Positions 18,578 to 28,028 of a stretch of 64,000 bases of DNA are shown one piece after another. The stretch's first letter is position 1, and each line of letters starts with the position of its first letter. The notes beneath the pieces are model-generated. The model was not told the DNA's origin. It saw only the letters and a list, made by a program, of their open reading frames with translations, and did not search any database. The stretch is from Verrucomicrobiales bacterium. Lineage in GTDB: Bacteria > Verrucomicrobiota > Verrucomicrobiia > Verrucomicrobiales > V1-33. The translations under genes were made by a program, and so were the position numbers. The stretch lies in NCBI GenBank assembly GCA_031411295.1, contig JANOAV010000083.1:48381-112380 (forward strand), in the 5' to 3' direction.

Positions 18578-19774
18578 GTGATGGCAAGCGTGCATGTGCT
18601 GACGTTAAATGCAGGTTCCTCCAGCATCAAATTCGCCATTTATGATTTGGCATTTCTTGTGACGCCCTTGCTCAGTGGGCAAATTGAGCGCATGGGATTT
18701 TCCGATACCTCCTTCACTGCGCAACGCCCTTCCGGCAAAGCGCTGAGCATGGAAGCGATTTCTGGTGACGGCCCCGCATTGATTCAAGCCCTGCTCGGTT
18801 GGTTGGAAGCACAGCCGGAATTTGCTGATGTTTCAGCAGTCGGGCATCGGATAGTTTTTGGCCAACAGCATACGGAATCCGTTGTAGTCACGGAGGAACT
18901 CTTAGCCGAGTTGCAAGGCTACGCGCTAAATGATCCAGAACATTTGCCGAAGGCACTGGATCTGATTTCAGCGCTTGGCCAGCGCCACCCTGATATCCGG
19001 CAGGTAGCCTGTTTCGATACCGCATTTCATAGCTCCATGCCTCGCGTCGCCAGAATGTTGCCGATCCCACGTCGCTTTGAACAAAAAGCTGTGCAGCGTT
19101 ACGGCTACCATGGAATCTCGTTTGCTTATCTCATGGAGGAACTCGCTAAGCTGGGCGATCCCGCCGCCAAGAACGGCCGCGTGATTCTGGCGCATCTTGG
19201 CAGTGGGGCCAGTCTGGCCGCAGTGCGAAATGGCAAGAGCATCGACACTAGCATGAGCTTTACTCCCGCAGCTGGGTTGATGATGGGAACGCGCTCGGGC
19301 GATTTGGATCCTGGGCTGATTACGCATTTATTGAGGACGGAGCATTTATCCGCCAACCAGTGGAACGCGCTGGTGACGCGAGAATCTGGGCTCTTGGGGG
19401 TATCAGAAACGAGTTCCGATATGCGCGATCTAATTTCACGGGCAACCACCGATGAACGGGCTGCTGAAGCCATTGCGTTGTTTTGCTATCAAGCCAAGAA
19501 GTGGATCGGAGGCTATGCCGCGGCCTTGGGTGGCGTGGATACGTTGGTGTTTGCAGGCGGAATAGGCGAGCACTGTCCCAGCATTCGCGCGAACATCTGT
19601 GAAGGTTTGGAGTTTCTTGGTATCCGCCTTGATCCCAGCTTAAATGCCGCATCCGAGAAGATCATTTCAGATGGCGAAATGCAGTCAATGGTGCGGGTCA
19701 TGCACACGGACGAAGAACTCATGATGGCGCGCGAGGTTTCCGAACTGTGCGGGATGAACCCCATTGCGAAGTAG
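18578..19774 (+). CDS. ackA: Acetate kinase
   Basis: LNAGSSSIK, GHRIV, FDTAFH, RYGYHGIS, MGTRSGDLDPG, GGIGE, TDEELM. Confidence 0.93.
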   Translation: MMASVHVLTLNAGSSSIKFAIYDLAFLVTPLLSGQIERMGFSDTSFTAQRPSGKALSMEAISGDGPALIQALLGWLEAQPEFADVSAVGHRIVFGQQHTESVVVTEELLAELQGYALNDPEHLPKALDLISALGQRHPDIRQVACFDTAFHSSMPRVARMLPIPRRFEQKAVQRYGYHGISFAYLMEELAKLGDPAAKNGRVILAHLGSGASLAAVRNGKSIDTSMSFTPAAGLMMGTRSGDLDPGLITHLLRTEHLSANQWNALVTRESGLLGVSETSSDMRDLISRATTDERAAEAIALFCYQAKKWIGGYAAALGGVDTLVFAGGIGEHCPSIRANICEGLEFLGIRLDPSLNAASEKIISDGEMQSMVRVMHTDEELMMAREVSELCGMNPIAK

Positions 19775-19787
19775 GGATACACCCCAT
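19751..19787 (+). promoter_or_regulatory. Tandem regulon boxes GGGATGAACCCCAT (19751-19764) and GGGATACACCCCAT (19774-19787); putative -10 CACGGT at 19810-19815
   Basis: Two co-oriented copies 23 bp apart upstream of the aldehyde dehydrogenase operon. Confidence 0.7.
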
Positions 19788-19879
19788 CGCAATCCAGGAA
19801 GCTTAGCGCCACGGTGCCATGCCTCAACGGCTCCCGCTGTCTAACTGATTGCGCATCATCCATTTCCCCTACCAGAACC

Positions 19880-21262
19880 ATGAGTTATCAGACCATCAAT
19901 CCCTACAACGGAGAACTTCTGCAAAGCTTCGAAGAACTTACCGACGCACAACTGGAAGCCGCCCTGGCCACGGCTCAAGCCTGCTTTGAACAATGGCGGG
20001 AAACCAGTTTCGCTGAACGAGCCAGCATCGTCGCGAAGGCTGCTGTGCTCTTGCGAGCGCGGGAAGATGAGTTCGCGAATCTGGCGACGCTGGAAATGGG
20101 GAAACTCATAGCCCAAGCGCGCGGTGAGGTTGCTTTGAGCGCAGATATTCTGGATTACTACGCAGCCAATGCCGAGCGTTTCCTCGCTAGCGAGAAACTT
20201 CACCCCAGCTCAGGTGAGGCCATCATTGAGAGCAGTCCATTTGGCGTGCTGTTCGGAGTGCAGCCGTGGAATTTTCCCTTTTATCAATTGGCACGATTCG
20301 TTGCGCCCAACCTCATGGCAGGAAATGTGGTGGTGGTAAAACACGCCGGTTGCGTGCCCCAATGCGCCATCGCCTTTGAAGGCCTGTGGCGGGATGCAGG
20401 AGCCCCTCCAGGCGTTTATACAAATTTACTGATCTCCCACGATCAGGTGAACCAAGTGATCGACGATCCGCGCATTAAGGGAGTGGCTCTAACAGGAGGG
20501 GTCGATGCGGCCCGCGGAATTGCCTCCCGGGCCGGAAAGAATGTCAAGAAGACCACGATGGAACTGGGCGGCAGCGATGCCTTCATCGTCTTGGAGGACG
20601 CTGATTTGGAAAAATCAGTAACGTGGGCCGTCTGGGCGAAAATGAATAACACCGGTCAGTGTTGCGTGGCCGCCAAGCGTTTCATCGTTGTCGAAGCCGT
20701 GGCGGATCGCTTCCTGCATATGTTCCGCACCCTGCTGGCAGGTTTGCAGGCAGGCGATCCGATGCACGACTCCACTACGCTGGGGCCGCTCTCCACCGAA
20801 TCTGCTCTGGAGCAACTGTTGGAACAAGTAGCCGCTGCCGTGCGGAACGGAGCCAAGCTTGTGCTCGGAGGGAAGCGCCTGCATCGGGCAGGTTTTTATA
20901 TGGAGCCAACCATTCTGACAGACATCGCACCTGACAACCCAGCCTATCGCGAGGAATTCTTCGGACCCGTGGCATTGTTCTTCCGGGTGGCCGATGAAGC
21001 AGCCGCCATCGCCTTGGCGAATGATTCGGATTTCGGTCTTGGTGGCTCTGTTTTCACCAATGACGCAGCCCGGGGACGACGCGTGGCCAGCCGCATTGAT
21101 ACAGGGATGGTTTTCATCAATCACCCCACATGGACCTCCGCGGAACTACCTTTCGGCGGGATCAAAAATTCCGGCTATGGCCGCGAACTGTCCAGTTTGG
21201 GCATTCATGAATTTGTTAACAAGAAACTGATCCGCACGGAATCCATTGATGCTCCAGCCTAA
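19880..21262 (+). CDS. NAD(P)-dependent succinate-semialdehyde dehydrogenase-like ALDH
   Basis: PWNFP, MELGGSDAF, GQCCVAAKR, EEFFGPV, PFGGIKNSGYGRE. Confidence 0.9.
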   Translation: MSYQTINPYNGELLQSFEELTDAQLEAALATAQACFEQWRETSFAERASIVAKAAVLLRAREDEFANLATLEMGKLIAQARGEVALSADILDYYAANAERFLASEKLHPSSGEAIIESSPFGVLFGVQPWNFPFYQLARFVAPNLMAGNVVVVKHAGCVPQCAIAFEGLWRDAGAPPGVYTNLLISHDQVNQVIDDPRIKGVALTGGVDAARGIASRAGKNVKKTTMELGGSDAFIVLEDADLEKSVTWAVWAKMNNTGQCCVAAKRFIVVEAVADRFLHMFRTLLAGLQAGDPMHDSTTLGPLSTESALEQLLEQVAAAVRNGAKLVLGGKRLHRAGFYMEPTILTDIAPDNPAYREEFFGPVALFFRVADEAAAIALANDSDFGLGGSVFTNDAARGRRVASRIDTGMVFINHPTWTSAELPFGGIKNSGYGRELSSLGIHEFVNKKLIRTESIDAPA

Positions 21263-21287
21263 CTGTCCTTCCCCCAACCTAATCTAC

Positions 21288-22340
21288 ATGAAAATCAAAT
21301 CCTACGCTGCCAACTCAGCCGCTAAACCCCTCGCACCCTTTAACTTCGAACGGCGCGCACCTGGCGATCACGATGTCCAGATCGAGATCCTCTTTTGCGG
21401 CGTTTGCCACTCAGACGTGCATACTGTGCGGAACGAATGGCAGGGCACTACTTACCCCTGCGTCCCAGGGCATGAAATCATCGGCCGCGTCATCAGCGTC
21501 GGAGCACACGTGAAGAAATTCAAAGCAGGCGACATCGCTGGCGTTGGTTGCCTCGTGGACTCCTGCCGGACGTGCGGAAGCTGTGAGGAAAACCTGGAGC
21601 AGTTCTGCGAGAAGGGAGCCATCTTCACCTACAACTCACCCGACAAACACAGCGGCGGCGTGACTTTTGGCGGTTACTCGGAGAGCATCGTGGTGGATGA
21701 AGCCTTCGTGCTGCAAGTGCCCAAAAATCTGGATCTCGCTGCCACGGCACCGCTGCTTTGCGCTGGCATCACGACTTACTCACCTCTTCGGCATCACGGT
21801 GTCACGAAAGGTCAAAAGGTCGGCGTTGTTGGCCTCGGCGGACTCGGGCATATGGGCGTGAAACTGGCGAAGGCTCTCGGTGCGCACGTCGTGGTCTTCA
21901 CCACGTCGCTGAACAAGGTGGACGATGCGCTGCGGCTCGGTGCCGATGAAGTCGTTCACTCCAAAGACGAGAACGCGATGAAAAAGCACCTCAACAGTTT
22001 CCATTTCATTCTTGATACCGTGGCGGCAAAGCATGACATCAACGCCTATCTCATCCTGCTCCGGCGCGATGGCAATCTCACGCAGGTCGGCGTGCCTTCC
22101 GAGCCGCTACCCGTGGATGTCAGCAACCTCATCTTCGGCCGTCGTAACTTCAGTGGATCACTCATCGGCGGACTCAAGGAAACCCAGGAGATGCTTGATT
22201 TCTGCGGGCAGCACAACATCACCTCCGACATCGAACTCATCCCGATTCAAAAGGTGAATGAGGCTTATGACCGGCTGGTGAAAGGCGATGTGAAATACCG
22301 CTTCGTCATCGACATGGCCTCGCTCAAGCAAGCTCCGTAA
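21288..22340 (+). CDS. NADP-dependent Zn alcohol dehydrogenase (CAD/YahK-like)
   Basis: CGVCHSD, GHEIIG, APLLCAGITTYSPL, GDVKYRFVID. Confidence 0.93.
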   Translation: MKIKSYAANSAAKPLAPFNFERRAPGDHDVQIEILFCGVCHSDVHTVRNEWQGTTYPCVPGHEIIGRVISVGAHVKKFKAGDIAGVGCLVDSCRTCGSCEENLEQFCEKGAIFTYNSPDKHSGGVTFGGYSESIVVDEAFVLQVPKNLDLAATAPLLCAGITTYSPLRHHGVTKGQKVGVVGLGGLGHMGVKLAKALGAHVVVFTTSLNKVDDALRLGADEVVHSKDENAMKKHLNSFHFILDTVAAKHDINAYLILLRRDGNLTQVGVPSEPLPVDVSNLIFGRRNFSGSLIGGLKETQEMLDFCGQHNITSDIELIPIQKVNEAYDRLVKGDVKYRFVIDMASLKQAP

Positions 22341-22353
22341 CCCAATCCACCTT

Positions 22354-23355
22354 ATGACCACGACCACCAGCCGCGAGATACGCCTCGCCTCACGCCCCAC
22401 CGGCGTTCCCACAGCCAGCAACTTCACGATTGCCGAAATCGCTCTGCAGCCGCTGCAAGATGGGCAAGTGCTGGTGCGCAATTTATTCATGTCCGTCGAT
22501 CCCTACATGCGCGGTCGCATGAATGACCGAAAGTCGTATGTGCCACCCTTTGAGATTGGCAAGGTGCTCGAAGGTGGGGCCGTGGGCGAAGTGATCGAGT
22601 CGCGCTGTGGCGAATTCAAAGTCGGTGATGTTGTCACGTCCCGCTATGGTTGGCGGGAGGCCTTCATCGCAGCACCCAAGGAGCTGCATGCCGTGAATAA
22701 AGCTGCGCAACCACTATCGGTTTACCTCGGCACCCTCGGCATGACGGGCATGACAGCGTGGGCCGGATTGACGATGGTCGAGGTCAAAGCGGGCGATGTG
22801 ATCTACATCTCAGGCGCAGCGGGTGCCGTCGGCAATATGGCGGGTCAGTTGGCGAAGTTGCGTGGTTGCCGCGTGATCGGTTCCGCTGGTTCCGATGAGA
22901 AGGTGAAGCACCTGCTGGAGGAATGTGGATTCGATGCTGCCTTCAACTACAAATCCGGCCCCGTGCTGGAGCAACTGAATGTCGCAGCCCCTGATGGCAT
23001 CGACGTTTATTTTGACAACGTTGGCGGTGAGTCTCTTGAAGCCGCGCTGTCAGCCTTGCGGGTGCATGGTCGCATCATCGCCTGCGGTGGCATATCTGGT
23101 TACAACGACGAGAAGCCCAAACCCGGCCCGTCCAATCTCTTCAACATGACGACCAAGCGCCTCACGATGAAGGGCCTGATCGTAGGTGACTGGCTCGATC
23201 GCCAAAGTGAGTTCGAGCAGGAAGTCGGGGCTCAGTTTCAAGCCGGCAAGCTGAAGAGCGTGGAAACCGTGGTGGCGGGGATCGATCAAGCGGCGGAAGC
23301 ATTCATCGGTCTCTTTAACGGCAACAATGTGGGCAAGATGGTGGTCAAATTATGA
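22354..23355 (+). CDS. NADP-dependent alkenal reductase (CurA/PTGR family)
   Basis: SVDPYMRGRM, GAAGAVG, GIDVYFDNVGG. Confidence 0.9.
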   Translation: MTTTTSREIRLASRPTGVPTASNFTIAEIALQPLQDGQVLVRNLFMSVDPYMRGRMNDRKSYVPPFEIGKVLEGGAVGEVIESRCGEFKVGDVVTSRYGWREAFIAAPKELHAVNKAAQPLSVYLGTLGMTGMTAWAGLTMVEVKAGDVIYISGAAGAVGNMAGQLAKLRGCRVIGSAGSDEKVKHLLEECGFDAAFNYKSGPVLEQLNVAAPDGIDVYFDNVGGESLEAALSALRVHGRIIACGGISGYNDEKPKPGPSNLFNMTTKRLTMKGLIVGDWLDRQSEFEQEVGAQFQAGKLKSVETVVAGIDQAAEAFIGLFNGNNVGKMVVKL

Positions 23356-23407
23356 TCCTCGGGCCGCACCCAAATTATTCTCCAAATCCTTAACCCAAAC
23401 TCTCCCC

Positions 23408-24904
23408 ATGACCAAGAATGCAAAACATTATCTCATCGGCGGCGGTATCGGATCCATGGCGGCCGCGGCCTTCATGATTCGCGACGGAGGCGTGTCTGGC
23501 GACAACATTATCATCCTCGAGGCGAACCCGTTGATGGGTGGAAGTCTCGATGGAGCGGGCGATGCTGAGCAGGGTTATTCGCTGCGCGGTGGACGCATGC
23601 TGACCACCGACAACTACGAATGCACGTGGGATCTGTTCAAAACGATTCCTTCGCTCGCCTCGGCCGGTGTGTCCGTTTATGATGAAACCGTCTCGTTCAA
23701 CGAGAAGCACAAAGCGCATTCAATGGCTCGACTGGTTGACCGCCGACGTGCGAAAGTGCCTGTCACCTCGATGGGATTCTCCATGCAGGATCGCATGGAG
23801 CTGTTCAAACTCAGCCATGCGGAGGAAGCAGCGCTGGGTGGCAGTGCCATTACCGATCATCTTTCCCCCGAATTCTTTGAAACTGAATTCTGGTTCATGT
23901 GGTCCACCACCTTCGCCTTCCAGCCCTGGCACAGCGCGGTTGAATTCAAGCGATACCTGCTGCGTTTCATGATGGAGTTCACGCGCATCGAAACGCTGGC
24001 GGGCGTGAAGCGAACCATCTACAACCAGTATGATTCGCTGGTGCGGCCCTTGCAAACCTGGCTGCAAGCCCACGGTGTGCACCTGATCACTGATTGCAAA
24101 GTGTTGGACCTGAGCCACCAGTTAAAAGATGGGGACTTTACCGTTACCAGCATCCAGTGTCTGCGGGCAGGAACGATCGAGGCTATCAAGGTGAATGAGG
24201 GCGATCTGGTCTTTCTGCAAAACGCCTCCATGACAGACTCCTCCAGCCTCGGCTCCATGACCAGCGCGCCCAAACGGCTGACCAAGTCCGATAGTGGTGG
24301 CTGGACCCTTTGGGAGAAGCTGGTGGAGGGACGACCGCACTTTGGCAATCCGGCGGCTTTCAATAGCTGCGTTGCGCAATCCGTTTGGGAATCGTTCACG
24401 GTGACACTAAGGAACCCGGCGTTCTTCGATTTGATGAACCAGCTCAGTGGCAACGAGGCCGGCACCGGCGGACTTGTCACCTTCAAGGATTCCAACTGGA
24501 TGATGTCCATCGTGCTGGCGCACCAACCCCACTTCATTAACCAACCTGCCGATGTGCAGGTGTTCTGGGGATATTCGTTGTTTCCGGACCGGATCGGCAA
24601 CTTTATCGCCAAGCCCATGTCGGCGTGTAATGGCGCGGAAATCCTGCAGGAACTCTGTGGCCATCTGCGCTTTGATCCGGAGATCATCGCTGCCGCCAAC
24701 TGCATTCCATGCACCATGCCCTACATCACCAGCATGTTCATGCCACGTCAGCAGGGCGACCGACCACTTCCGGTGCCTGTTGGCTCGAAGAACTTCGCCT
24801 TCATCAGCCAGTTCGTCGAGATCCCGGATGATGTCGTCTTCACCGTCGAGTATTCAGTGAGGGCAGCCCAGATGGCCGTCTATCAATTGCTCGGTATCGA
24901 CTGA
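23408..24904 (+). CDS. ohyA: Oleate hydratase (MCRA family), with an apparently premature TGA
   Basis: GGGIGS, GGSLDG, RGGRML, YNQYDSL, DVVFTVEYSVRAA. Confidence 0.9.
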   Translation: MTKNAKHYLIGGGIGSMAAAAFMIRDGGVSGDNIIILEANPLMGGSLDGAGDAEQGYSLRGGRMLTTDNYECTWDLFKTIPSLASAGVSVYDETVSFNEKHKAHSMARLVDRRRAKVPVTSMGFSMQDRMELFKLSHAEEAALGGSAITDHLSPEFFETEFWFMWSTTFAFQPWHSAVEFKRYLLRFMMEFTRIETLAGVKRTIYNQYDSLVRPLQTWLQAHGVHLITDCKVLDLSHQLKDGDFTVTSIQCLRAGTIEAIKVNEGDLVFLQNASMTDSSSLGSMTSAPKRLTKSDSGGWTLWEKLVEGRPHFGNPAAFNSCVAQSVWESFTVTLRNPAFFDLMNQLSGNEAGTGGLVTFKDSNWMMSIVLAHQPHFINQPADVQVFWGYSLFPDRIGNFIAKPMSACNGAEILQELCGHLRFDPEIIAAANCIPCTMPYITSMFMPRQQGDRPLPVPVGSKNFAFISQFVEIPDDVVFTVEYSVRAAQMAVYQLLGID

Positions 24905-25025
24905 GAGGTTCCGCCCGTGACCCGACACGACAAATCGCTGCAAGTGCAGTTCGAGGCGCTCATCAAAGCATTCAAATAAATCCTTCCCCCCGAATCCCCA
25001 GCAAACACTAACCACCAACACCATC

Positions 25026-25232
25026 ATGCACCATACCTATCAACAAATCGAACTCACCGGCACCTCCAGCAAATCCGTGGAAGATGCCGTCGCCAGAGCC
25101 ATTAAGCACGCCCATAAATCCGATAAGCACCTTGGGTGGTTTCAAGTTATCGAGACTCGTGGACGCTTGGAAGAGGGTAAAATTATTGAGTGGCAAGTGA
25201 CGGTGAAGATCGGCGGGCGTGCTACGGAGTAA
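25026..25232 (+). CDS. Dodecin (flavin-binding)
   Basis: IELTGTSSKSVEDAV, WFQVIETRG, WQVTVKIG. Confidence 0.9.
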   Translation: MHHTYQQIELTGTSSKSVEDAVARAIKHAHKSDKHLGWFQVIETRGRLEEGKIIEWQVTVKIGGRATE

Positions 25233-25268
25233 AGATGTGTCCTCTCCTGAGAAGCCAATCTAGCTAAG

Positions 25269-25511
25269 ATGGGCGTCATCCTCGCAATCCTTGTTGGCAT
25301 GGTAGTTTTACGGCTCTGCTACCTTGCTGGTGAGGGAATGCTTCATGCCGCAGTGTCTGGCTTCTTCAGCATGGCACGGGAGTCAGGCGCTGGAGCCATC
25401 GCCACTGGTGAACTGATGCGCTTCTTTGCTGAAGCACCGTGGTTTCCCATATCGCTCTTGCCGCGTCATGGCGTGCATTGGATGCCCGTGGATACGAATA
25501 AGCGCACGTAG
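25269..25511 (+). pseudogene. Internal fragment of a DUF6544-like protein
   Basis: [26 protein letters not shown] recalled as a mid-protein motif of a longer family; short ORF. Confidence 0.4.
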
Positions 25512-25521
25512 AAAATCAAAC

Positions 25522-28011
25522 ATGAAAACAAACACTCTCACGCCCAACCTGCTTTACAAATTGGACGCCTATTGGCGGGCAGCGAACTATTTATCTGTGG
25601 GGCAAATATATCTCTGCGATAACCCACTGCTGAGGCGACCGCTTTCGCTCAGCGACGTGAAACACATGCTGCTGGGGCACTGGGGCACCACGCCAGGGCA
25701 GAACTTCATCTACGTGCATCTGAATCGGATCATCAAAAAGTATGATCTCAACATGATCTACATTTGCGGCCCGGGTCATGGTGGGCCGGTTGTTACTAGC
25801 AACACGTATCTTGAGGGCACTTACAGCGAAGTTTATCCACACATCAAGCAGGACGAATCCGGGCTGCAGAAGTTCTTCAAACAATTCTCCTTTCCCGGCG
25901 GCATCCCCAGCCACGCCTCGCCAGAGTGTCCTGGTTCCATCCATGAAGGTGGGGAGTTAGGCTACTCGTTGAGCCACGCATTTGGTGCAGTGTTCGATAA
26001 CCCTGGTCTCATCGCAGCCTGTGTCATAGGCGATGGAGAAGCAGAAACAGGCCCACTGGCAACGGCCTGGCATTCCAATAAATTTTTGGATCCTATCACC
26101 GATGGAGCCGTCCTGCCGATCCTTCATTTAAATGGTTACAAAATCGCGAATCCAACGTTGCTGGCTAGGATTACACGTGAGGAGTTGGATCAACTGTTGC
26201 GCGGCTATGGCTGGTCGCCCTATTTCGTCGAGGAAGAAGCTAACGACCTCATGCATGAAGCCATGGCGACGACGTTGGATAACGTGATTGAAGAAATTCA
26301 ACGCATTCAATTGGAGGTCCGTGCGCGTGGCAGTAAAACGCGACCCCGCTGGCCGATGATCGTTATGACCTCGCTCAAAGGCTGGACGGGACCGGAAGTT
26401 GTGGACGGCAAGCAAGTGCTGGGAACGTTCCGCTCACATCAGGTTCCGCTCTCCGATCCTGCTGCACACCCAGAGCATTTGGCCCAATTGGAAGGCTGGT
26501 TGCGGAGTTATCAGCCGGAGCAACTCTTCGATGAGTCCGGGAAATTACGCGCCGATCTAGCAGAATTAGCACCCGCAGGAAATCAGCGCATGGGGGCCAA
26601 CCCACACGCTAATGGGGGACTGTTGTTGAAAGATTTGGAATTGCCGAATTATCGTGATTACGCCGTGACGGTGACGATTCACGGAGAGCCTGGAATTGGC
26701 GACACGCGCGTGCTAGGCAAATTCTTAAAGGATGTGATTGTGCAAAATGAAGCTCATCACAATTTCCGAATCTTTGGCCCGGATGAAACTTTATCCAATG
26801 GCTTGGGGGCGGTGTTTGAAGCGACGAATCGCCAATGGGATGCAGCCACTGTGGCTGGCGATGAATTTCTGGCACCCGCCGGACGAGTGATGGAAATGCT
26901 GAGCGAACACCAATGTGAAGGATGGCTGGAAGGTTATTTATTAACCGGTCGGCATGGTTTGTTCAATTGCTATGAAGCTTTCATCCACCTTGTGGATTCC
27001 ATGTTTAACCAGCATGCCAAATGGCTGAAGACGTCCTCCCACTTGCCTTGGAGACGTCCGATTGCTTCTTTGAATTACCTGCTGTCATCGCACGTTTGGC
27101 GGCAGGATCACAATGGATTATCACATCAGGATCCCGGATTCATTGATCATGTGGTGAACAAGAACGCCGAAGTAGTGAGGGTGTATTTGCCACCAGATGC
27201 CAATTGTTTACTGTCGGTAATGGATCACTGCCTACGGAGTCGGCACTACGTGAATGTTGTCATCGCAGGGAAACACCCCGCTCCGCAATGGCTGAGCATT
27301 GAAGCAGCTGAACGCCATTGCGTTGAGGGAATCGGTATCTGGCATTGGGCCAGCAATGAGGAACGTGGGCGTCCTCGACTGTGGCCGGCTCCAGTTGTCT
27401 CGACTGGAGTAATTCAAGCACTGGGGGTGAACGAGCCAGATGTCGTCATGGCTTGCTGCGGAGATGTGCCGACGCTGGAAACACTAGCCGCAGTATCCAT
27501 CCTGCGGAAATATCTGCCCGAACTGAAAATCCGCGTCGTCAATGTCGTGGACCTGATGAAGCTCCAACCAACCCGAGAACATCCGCATGGACTTACCGAT
27601 GATGCCTTCGATGCGCTATTTACCAAGGACAAGCCCATCATTTTTGCTTTCCACGGCTACCCTTGGCTAATCCATCGCCTCACCTACCGACGCACAAATC
27701 ACGGCAATCTTCACGTCCGAGGCTACAAAGAGGAAGGCACCATCACGACCCCGTTCGACATGACGGTGCTCAATGATTTGGATCGCTTCCATTTAGTCAT
27801 GGATACCATTGATCGCCTGCCGGAAACTGGCGAGAGCAGCAGACTATTGAAGGAGCACATGCAGGCCAAACTCATTGAGCACCGTGAATACATCAATGCC
27901 AACGGCCTGGATCTGCCGGAGATTCGTGATTGGCGATGGGGCAATTCAAGCACCCCTAGACTCGATTACACTGAAGGTGACGCCCTTGTCACAAGCCAAA
28001 CTCAGCATTAG
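25522..28011 (+). CDS. xfp: Xylulose-5-P/fructose-6-P phosphoketolase
   Basis: [44 protein letters not shown]. Confidence 0.95.
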   Translation: MKTNTLTPNLLYKLDAYWRAANYLSVGQIYLCDNPLLRRPLSLSDVKHMLLGHWGTTPGQNFIYVHLNRIIKKYDLNMIYICGPGHGGPVVTSNTYLEGTYSEVYPHIKQDESGLQKFFKQFSFPGGIPSHASPECPGSIHEGGELGYSLSHAFGAVFDNPGLIAACVIGDGEAETGPLATAWHSNKFLDPITDGAVLPILHLNGYKIANPTLLARITREELDQLLRGYGWSPYFVEEEANDLMHEAMATTLDNVIEEIQRIQLEVRARGSKTRPRWPMIVMTSLKGWTGPEVVDGKQVLGTFRSHQVPLSDPAAHPEHLAQLEGWLRSYQPEQLFDESGKLRADLAELAPAGNQRMGANPHANGGLLLKDLELPNYRDYAVTVTIHGEPGIGDTRVLGKFLKDVIVQNEAHHNFRIFGPDETLSNGLGAVFEATNRQWDAATVAGDEFLAPAGRVMEMLSEHQCEGWLEGYLLTGRHGLFNCYEAFIHLVDSMFNQHAKWLKTSSHLPWRRPIASLNYLLSSHVWRQDHNGLSHQDPGFIDHVVNKNAEVVRVYLPPDANCLLSVMDHCLRSRHYVNVVIAGKHPAPQWLSIEAAERHCVEGIGIWHWASNEERGRPRLWPAPVVSTGVIQALGVNEPDVVMACCGDVPTLETLAAVSILRKYLPELKIRVVNVVDLMKLQPTREHPHGLTDDAFDALFTKDKPIIFAFHGYPWLIHRLTYRRTNHGNLHVRGYKEEGTITTPFDMTVLNDLDRFHLVMDTIDRLPETGESSRLLKEHMQAKLIEHREYINANGLDLPEIRDWRWGNSSTPRLDYTEGDALVTSQTQH

Positions 28012-28028
28012 TTGTAATTGTCACAGTA

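Noticed and set aside
24902..24904. Selenocysteine or genetic-code reassignment of TGA
   Set aside because: Position appears to correspond to Arg, and many other genes here end normally in TGA
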